From positions 1,686 to 8,440 of the forward strand of contig CAZMGA010000008.1 in NCBI GenBank assembly GCA_964565725.1: DNA of 6,755 bases, written 5' to 3'. The notes beneath the pieces are model-generated. The model did no database searches and was not told the DNA's origin. It was given only the letters and a program-made list of their open reading frames with translations. The stretch comes from an uncultured archaeon (GTDB taxonomy: Archaea > Iainarchaeota > Iainarchaeia > Iainarchaeales > 0-14-0-20-30-16). This document shows positions 1 through 4,538 of the stretch, piece after piece (positions within the stretch are counted from its first letter, which is position 1; each line of letters starts with the position of its first letter). Made by a program: the position numbers and the translations under genes.

Positions 1-592
1 TTGGTCTATCAGAACTTTTTTGTGATCCCACAAAAACAATAGGTATATTTATTTTTTCTATCATAAAGGATATTGCACTAGAAGTATAATGTAGAGTATC
101 TGTACCCATAGCAACTATTATTGCATCATATTTTTTGTTTACTTCTTTTATTTTATTTGCTAATAATACCCAATCGTCATATTCTATATTTTCACTAAAT
201 TTATTACTTAATGTAATAGTATCTATATTTGCTAATTCTTTTAATTCCGGAATTGCTAATAATAAATCTTCAGATGTAAATTGAGAAGAAACACCTCCAA
301 ATTCATAATCTACCTTTGAAGCAATAGTTCCTCCTAAACTAATTAAACATACACTTTTATCTTTATTCATTTTTATTTCACTAATTTTATTTTCTTTTGG
401 TTTTAATTTTACATCGGCAATAATTTTTATTGATTCTATATTATCTTTTTTTAAAGCAATATTATAACCCATATCTAACTTTAAAACTATTAAGTCTGGA
501 TTAGTATTTTTTAATACTATACCCTTTATTTCACCATTAAATACATTACCTTTACCTTTTATCAAAACTTCTTTATTATAATAGTCTTCCAA
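1..592 (-). CDS. gatD: Glutamyl-tRNA(Gln) amidotransferase subunit D (GatD), N-terminal 197 codons; the 3' part lies beyond the left window edge
   Basis: My own minus-strand translation, phased to codon 592-590: (TTG)EDYYNKEVLIKGKGNVFNGEIKGIVLKNTNPDLIVLKLDMGYNIALKKDNIESIKIIADVKLKPKENKISEIKMNKDKSVCLISLGGTIASKVDYEFGGVSSQFTSEDLLLAIPELKELANIDTITLSNKFSENIEYDDWVLLANKIKEVNKKYDAIIVAMGTDTLHYTSSAISFMIEKINIPIVFVGSQKSSDRP. It carries the GatD-specific N-terminal domain motif (LKLDxGYNI). It also has the asparaginase-fold motifs LGGTIAS (Thr nucleophile), GTDT and VGSQxSSDRP. The frame is open upstream to a stop at 736-734, with no in-frame ATG before the conserved N-domain. TTG at 592-590 is preceded by GGTGAT (601-596) with a 3-nt spacer. 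Confidence 0.85.
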   Translation of the reverse strand, partial: MEDYYNKEVLIKGKGNVFNGEIKGIVLKNTNPDLIVLKLDMGYNIALKKDNIESIKIIADVKLKPKENKISEIKMNKDKSVCLISLGGTIASKVDYEFGGVSSQFTSEDLLLAIPELKELANIDTITLSNKFSENIEYDDWVLLANKIKEVNKKYDAIIVAMGTDTLHYTSSAISFMIEKINIPIVFVGSQKSSDRP

Positions 593-654
593 ATTATCAC
601 CATAATATAAAATAAATAAATATATTTATAATCATTACATCTTTATATATAAAT
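593..654. promoter_or_regulatory. 62-bp divergent promoter region between gatD and the DUF357-led operon, with TATA-like boxes
   Basis: TTTATAAT lies at 625-632, 23-30 nt upstream of ATG 655. No SD precedes that ATG, which fits a leaderless or very short-leader mRNA. The perfect 12-nt palindrome TTTATATATAAA at 642-653 reads as a TATA box on either strand. On the minus strand it sits 50-61 nt upstream of the gatD TTG, which would leave a short leader containing the GGTGAT SD. Extreme AT richness makes chance TATA-like strings likely. Confidence 0.35.
596..601 (-). promoter_or_regulatory. Shine-Dalgarno GGTGAT for gatD
   Basis: The minus strand reads GGTGAT-aat-TTG. It is complementary to the conserved 16S 3' end (GAUCACCUCC). 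Confidence 0.45.
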
Positions 655-939
655 ATGGATTTAGTCGATAGGTGCGAAAAATATGAACAATTAACAAAAA
701 AAGCTTTAGAAAAGTCTAAAATTTGTGTTTCTAAAGATAGTGCATTATTTTTTATTGCTAAAGATTTTATAGATATGGCTAATCGTTATTATTCTGATGG
801 TTGCCATTATAAAAATGAAAAACAATACGATATTGCTTTGGCGAGTTTTTCTTATTCTCATGCTTGGTTAGATTGTTGTGCAAGATTAGGATTAACTGAT
901 GTTGACTATGATACTCAATTATTTACATTATACAAGTGA
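655..939 (+). CDS. DUF357-family small helical protein (archaeal, function unknown)
   Basis: ORF track, 94 aa. The C-terminal half ANRYYSDGCHYKNEKQYDIALASFSYSHAWLDCCARLGL matches my recollection of the DUF357 signature (Y..D...f...gd...Ala...Y..gWLDa..rlGl). Its TGA stop (937-939) lies inside GTGAT, which precedes the next gene. Confidence 0.7.
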   Translation: MDLVDRCEKYEQLTKKALEKSKICVSKDSALFFIAKDFIDMANRYYSDGCHYKNEKQYDIALASFSYSHAWLDCCARLGLTDVDYDTQLFTLYK

Positions 940-940
940 T
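936..940 (+). promoter_or_regulatory. SD-like GTGAT containing the upstream TGA stop (translational coupling site)
   Basis: The sequence reads GTGAT-attt-ATG(945). The same motif and 4-nt spacing occur at 3245-3256 and, on the minus strand, at 6515-6504. Confidence 0.4.
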
Positions 941-944
941 ATTT

Positions 945-3248
945 ATGAATTTTAATTTTAAATATATTTTTTTAGGTCTTTTTTGCTTATTGTTAATTTC
1001 AAGTGTATTTTGTGTTAAATCAGAAGGTACAATAAGATTATTAGCAGTAACTACTGATGGAAAAGGCACAGATGCTAATTTACATATAAAAATTGTTGAA
1101 GGTAATGGTAAGATTTGGTCTGGATTAAGTTCATTAGTTGGCACAAGTACACAAAGTACTGAAAAAACAGCAATTGATTTATTAGAACAATATGATTACA
1201 ATATTAAAAAATATGATTTTATGTTTGATATTCAAAGTCAAGCAAGTGTTGTTGATGGACCTAGTGCTGGTTTGCCTACTGCCTTATTATTAATAAACAT
1301 GATGAAAAATAAAATAGTTCCTAATTATGTTTCAGGTACTGGAACAATATCTACTGGAGGACAAATAGGTAAAGTTGGAGGCATATATGAAAAAACAAAA
1401 TATGCTGCAGAAACAGGTATAAAAATATTTTTTGTACCTAAATCAGAATTAGAAGTTGTAATTAATGAAGATAATAATGTAAAAAAAGTTAATTTAAGTC
1501 AATACGCTTATGAAAAATATAATATAAAAGTTGTAGGTGTAGAAACAATAAAAGAAGTTTTAGAATATGATTTATCTAATGTAGAAAATATAAAAATTGC
1601 AAAAGTAGATTCTTATGAAACCCTTATTTATAATCCTCCAATAACAAATTATGAAAAAGATTTAAATCAATTCAAAAATTATATTAATGAATATTATGAA
1701 GAAACAGAACAAAATTACAAGTATATAGAAAATGCAATAACTCAAACAAATATAAAAGATAATGATTTATTGACTGAAATGTATTCTTTGTATACAGATG
1801 CTGGAAAATATATGGATGCTGGAAAATCAGCAAATGAAAAAAATTATTTATATTCTGCAGCAAATAACTTTTTTATAGCTAATATTTCTTTAAATTTAAT
1901 TAGAGATATTTTAGATCATGATGATATATTAAAGAGTAGTACAAAAATAGATAGTTTAACTAAAGATCTAAAAAGTAAATATATTTTTGATTTTGATGGA
2001 GTTCCTTGTAAAGATTATGAATGGTATATTGGTTCACAAGAAAGATATCTTTGGGCTCAAGATAATATTACTAAAATATTAACTACCCCTGGAAATGATT
2101 TATCCACTAATTTAACTAAATTACAAAATTATGAAGAAGCTAAAGAATGGTTAAAAATATCTTTAGTTTTCAAAAGTTATGTAAAAAATAATGATTGTTA
2201 TATTGATGAAAACAAATATTATTCTAGCGCAGTTCAAATGTTAGATGAATTAAAAAAAGGAGAAACAATTATTCAAAAATATGGATTATATGAAAGTTTA
2301 AAATGGATAAATGGTAGTAAAAATGCTAACAATTTAAATTGGCAATTAACATCTATTTTTGAAGGGGCTATAGGTTTAGCAATATTAAATACCTATTTAG
2401 AATTAAAAGATGAAAATCTAAATACAATTAAAGAGTCAACAACTACACTTTTAAATAATGTTGATGATGATGATTCCATATGGTCTAATTTGTATTTACA
2501 ACATGCAAATTATTTATTTAATGAAGCTCAATTTTTAGAAAAAAATAATGAATTAGAAAATGCAAAAACATCTTATAAAAGTTCATATCAATTAGCTTTG
2601 TTTGCAAAGAATATATCCCAAGTTGTGAAAGATATTGAAAAAAATAAAAGTTCTACTATGTATAAAAGTTATAGTAAAAATACAAAAGGACTAATTAACA
2701 TTACTAATTCAAATTTATATCAAAGATTAATAATTTTGTTTTTAATCATAATAATTATATTATTTGTAATTATTTTTGTAGTCCATAAAAAATATAAAAG
2801 TACAAGAAATGATTTAGATAAATATTCTGATTATATAGATGTAAGAATAAATAAATTAAAAAATATGATTATTCAAATAAATAAAGATTATAAAAATGAT
2901 TCTATTGAAGAAGCAGTATACAAAGACTTCACAAAAAAATGTAATGATGAATTATCTTTCTTATTTGATGAAAAAAAACAAGTAAAATCCAAAAATATAG
3001 AATTGAGAGGATTAAATAAATTATATTCAAATAAACAAAAGCAATTAGAATATATAAAAAAAGAGTATAACAAAAATAATATTTCTCATAAAGAATATAT
3101 GAAAAATATAACTAGTTTAGATAATGAAATATTAAATTTAAGAAAAGAAATAAATAGTGGGTTATTATCTATGTCTGATTATATTTTAGAAAACAGTTCT
3201 AAATTTAAATATAGTTTTAAAAAACCAAAAATTAAATATAAGTTGTGA
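945..3248 (+). CDS. Membrane-anchored Lon-like (S16 family) serine protease without an ATPase module, with a large helical ectodomain, one TM helix and a cytoplasmic coiled-coil tail
   Basis: The ORF track gives 936..3248. GTG 936 overlaps the upstream stop; I prefer ATG 945 because of GTGAT 4 nt upstream. Residue numbering below is from 936. The N-terminus Y10-V27 is hydrophobic (signal peptide or anchor). Residues ~32-213 look like the Lon C-terminal proteolytic domain: VVDGPSAGLPTALLL (Ser110, nt 1263-1265) and TGTISTGGQIGKVGGIYEKTKYA (Lys153, nt 1392-1394). The Ser-to-Lys spacing is 43 residues, as in E. coli Lon S679/K722 (DGPSAG ... IGGLKEK). I see no P-loop or AAA+ motif. Residues ~225-595 are helix-rich. 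The TM helix LIILFLIIIIILFVIIFVV (nt 2727-2783) is followed by HKKYK (positive-inside). A K/N/E-rich tail follows to residue 770. Confidence 0.8.
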   Translation: MNFNFKYIFLGLFCLLLISSVFCVKSEGTIRLLAVTTDGKGTDANLHIKIVEGNGKIWSGLSSLVGTSTQSTEKTAIDLLEQYDYNIKKYDFMFDIQSQASVVDGPSAGLPTALLLINMMKNKIVPNYVSGTGTISTGGQIGKVGGIYEKTKYAAETGIKIFFVPKSELEVVINEDNNVKKVNLSQYAYEKYNIKVVGVETIKEVLEYDLSNVENIKIAKVDSYETLIYNPPITNYEKDLNQFKNYINEYYEETEQNYKYIENAITQTNIKDNDLLTEMYSLYTDAGKYMDAGKSANEKNYLYSAANNFFIANISLNLIRDILDHDDILKSSTKIDSLTKDLKSKYIFDFDGVPCKDYEWYIGSQERYLWAQDNITKILTTPGNDLSTNLTKLQNYEEAKEWLKISLVFKSYVKNNDCYIDENKYYSSAVQMLDELKKGETIIQKYGLYESLKWINGSKNANNLNWQLTSIFEGAIGLAILNTYLELKDENLNTIKESTTTLLNNVDDDDSIWSNLYLQHANYLFNEAQFLEKNNELENAKTSYKSSYQLALFAKNISQVVKDIEKNKSSTMYKSYSKNTKGLINITNSNLYQRLIILFLIIIIILFVIIFVVHKKYKSTRNDLDKYSDYIDVRINKLKNMIIQINKDYKNDSIEEAVYKDFTKKCNDELSFLFDEKKQVKSKNIELRGLNKLYSNKQKQLEYIKKEYNKNNISHKEYMKNITSLDNEILNLRKEINSGLLSMSDYILENSSKFKYSFKKPKIKYKL

Positions 3249-3249
3249 T
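3245..3249 (+). promoter_or_regulatory. SD-like GTGAT containing the protease gene's TGA stop
   Basis: The sequence reads GTGAT-gtat-ATG(3254). An additional ATG at 3248 overlaps the TGA by 1 nt (TGATG). Confidence 0.4.
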
Positions 3250-3253
3250 GTAT

Positions 3254-3838
3254 ATGAAAGAAAATATTTATGTTAATAAAATTAGTGATACAAAATATGA
3301 AATTATTACTAAAGATATTAAAATTGAACCAGGAGTTTTTACATTATATAATGTTGATTGGAATTTATTTGTTTTAAGAAAGAAATACACGGCTTATAAT
3401 AAAGATTCTAAAAAAGAAGATAAAGATAGCAAAGAAGAATTAATAGAAATTAAAGAAAATGACAACAAAGAGGATGAAAAAAAAGAATGGATTAAAAGAG
3501 CATTAGAATTAAAATCTCAATTAATTGAAAGGGGTTTTATGAGTATTGTAAATATAGAAGATGTTAGAAAAATTTCTTATGTTACTAGAGATGAAATAAA
3601 TCAAAATGAAATTTTAGGCATTAGAGGTTTTGATGGCAATTATTATATTTTCAAAAGGGATGTATTTGAAGATTTAAAAAATAAACTCTTTTTAGTATTG
3701 AAGAATGTAAATACAACATTATCAGAATTATTAGAAAAAACAGATATTGATGCTACAAAAATAAAAGGCGTATTAGAAATATTAAAAGATCAAAGTGAAG
3801 TAATAGAAGTAAGTAAAGATGTATTTAGAAGGGTTTAA
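3254..3838 (+). CDS. Uncharacterised protein: beta-rich N-domain, K/E/D-rich linker, probable tandem winged-helix C-terminal half
   Basis: The ORF track gives 3245..3838. Alternative starts are GTG 3245, ATG 3248 and ATG 3254; I prefer 3254 (GTGAT plus 4 nt). The linker NKDSKKEDKDSKEELIEIKENDNKEDEKKE lies at nt ~3398-3487. The C-terminus TLSELLEKTDIDATKIKGVLEILKDQSEVIEVSKDVFRRV has the helix-turn-helix-wing pattern of wHTH domains. The preceding ERGFMSIVNIEDVRKISYVTRDEINQNEILGIRGFDGNYYIFKRD could be a second winged helix. I recognise no family. Confidence 0.6.
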   Translation: MKENIYVNKISDTKYEIITKDIKIEPGVFTLYNVDWNLFVLRKKYTAYNKDSKKEDKDSKEELIEIKENDNKEDEKKEWIKRALELKSQLIERGFMSIVNIEDVRKISYVTRDEINQNEILGIRGFDGNYYIFKRDVFEDLKNKLFLVLKNVNTTLSELLEKTDIDATKIKGVLEILKDQSEVIEVSKDVFRRV

Positions 3839-3839
3839 G

Positions 3840-4538
3840 ATGAACCTTGTGTTAAATATACCTAAAGATAAATTTAATATTTTAAAGATAATTTATCAAA
3901 ATAATTTATTTGAAAACAAAAATATAAATGTAGAATTAATTATTAAAAAAAATAATATTACTATTACATTATATAAAACAGGTAAATTAGTAATTCAAGG
4001 TAATTTAGAAAACGAATTAGAATTTGAAAAGCAATTTATATTAAACAATATATTTACTAATTCTAAAAATTATATTTTAGGTTTTGATGAAACAGGTAGA
4101 TCTGAATTAATTGGACCTTTTGTAATATCTGGAGTTTTTGGAGAAAACAAAAATTTAATTACATTAAGAGATAGTAAAAAAACAACAAATATTCAAAAAG
4201 CAAAAGAGGAAGTAGATAAATATAGTTTAGGTTATTGTTCTTTAGTATTAAATCCTAATTTTATAGATTTATTAAGAACTAATAATTTAAGTTTAAATGA
4301 TATTGAACAAAAATTTATATTAAAAGTTTATGAATTATTTAAAGAATATAATTTAGATTTTGAAGGTATTATTGACGGCCAAGAATTAAATTCTAAAAAA
4401 ATACCTTTAAAGCATATAATAAAGGCTGATGATTTAGTTCCTATAGTAAGTTCGGCGAGTATAATTTCTAAATATATAAGAGATGATTCAAAAAATAAAA
4501 ACGAAAGAAAAACATGGAATATTAAATTAAAGCAGTAA
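3840..4538 (+). CDS. rnhB: Atypical ribonuclease H: RNase HIII-type N-terminal domain fused to a minimal HII-type (DEDD) catalytic core lacking the C-terminal domain
   Basis: The ORF track gives 3819..4538. I prefer ATG 3840, 1 nt after the upstream TAA, with AGAAGG at 3827-3832. Residue numbering below is from 3840. ITITLYKTGKLVIQGNLENE (Y45-G54, nt 3972-4001) resembles the RNase HIII N-domain motif (VVITAYRSGKVLFQGKAAE in the Geobacillus enzyme). GFDETGRSELIGPFVISG holds D83/E84 (nt 4086-4091). LRDSKK follows, then IIDGQ (D179). KHIIKADDLVPIVSSASIISKYIRD closely resembles the Thermococcus RNase HII segment KHKADDIFPVVSAASILAKVTRD. Only 17 residues follow that segment, and there is no GSGYPSD-type motif. 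Confidence 0.75.
   Translation: MNLVLNIPKDKFNILKIIYQNNLFENKNINVELIIKKNNITITLYKTGKLVIQGNLENELEFEKQFILNNIFTNSKNYILGFDETGRSELIGPFVISGVFGENKNLITLRDSKKTTNIQKAKEEVDKYSLGYCSLVLNPNFIDLLRTNNLSLNDIEQKFILKVYELFKEYNLDFEGIIDGQELNSKKIPLKHIIKADDLVPIVSSASIISKYIRDDSKNKNERKTWNIKLKQ
4490..4512 (-). terminator. Candidate oligo-T termination tract for the minus-strand panE/thioredoxin-CcdA unit, embedded in the 3' end of the RNase H gene
   Basis: The minus strand just downstream of the stop at 4524-4522 reads attccatgTTTTTcTTTcgTTTTaTTTTTTg. Archaeal termination commonly uses oligo-T runs. T-runs are frequent by chance at this base composition. Confidence 0.25.

Noticed and set aside
923-1144. 73-aa minus-strand ORF in the track
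   Set aside because: It is entirely antisense to the DUF357/protease junction and to the well-supported protease N-terminus. It has no recognisable motif, and long spurious antisense ORFs are expected opposite AT-rich coding sequence.
2971-2978. A8 homopolymer as a possible frameshift or phase-variation site (similar A8/T8 runs occur near 3945-3952, 4787-4794 and 5591-5598)
   Set aside because: All reading frames are intact across the runs. Such runs are expected from lysine/phenylalanine codons in a genome this AT-rich, and there are no alternative-frame ORFs downstream.
2888-3073. 61-aa minus-strand ORF in the track
   Set aside because: It is antisense to the K/N/E-rich protease tail. Its F/L/S/N-rich translation is the mirror of lysine/glutamate codons, and it has no start-site signal.
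3398-3487. K/E/D-rich stretch as a possible DNA repeat or low-complexity insertion
   Set aside because: There is no nucleotide-level periodicity. It reads as an in-frame charged linker between two domains.
3819-3839. Longer RNase H start at ATG 3819, overlapping the upstream gene by 20 nt
   Set aside because: ATG 3840 sits 1 nt after the upstream TAA, with an AGAAGG SD-like element 7 nt upstream. The 7 extra residues (MYLEGFK) add nothing recognisable. This call is low certainty.
4032-4055. PIP-box-like string QFILNNIF in the linker of the RNase H
   Set aside because: It has only one aromatic residue at the last two positions and is internal rather than terminal. I/L/N/F-rich strings arise easily at this composition, so it is not enough to claim PCNA binding.
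3840-4538. Calling the nuclease a bona fide RNase HIII (rnhC)
   Set aside because: The N-domain is HIII-like, but the active-site segment reads KADD...SASI, as in archaeal RNase HII (DEDD), rather than the KAES (DEDE) of RNase HIII. The protein is also ~70 residues shorter than RNase HIII.
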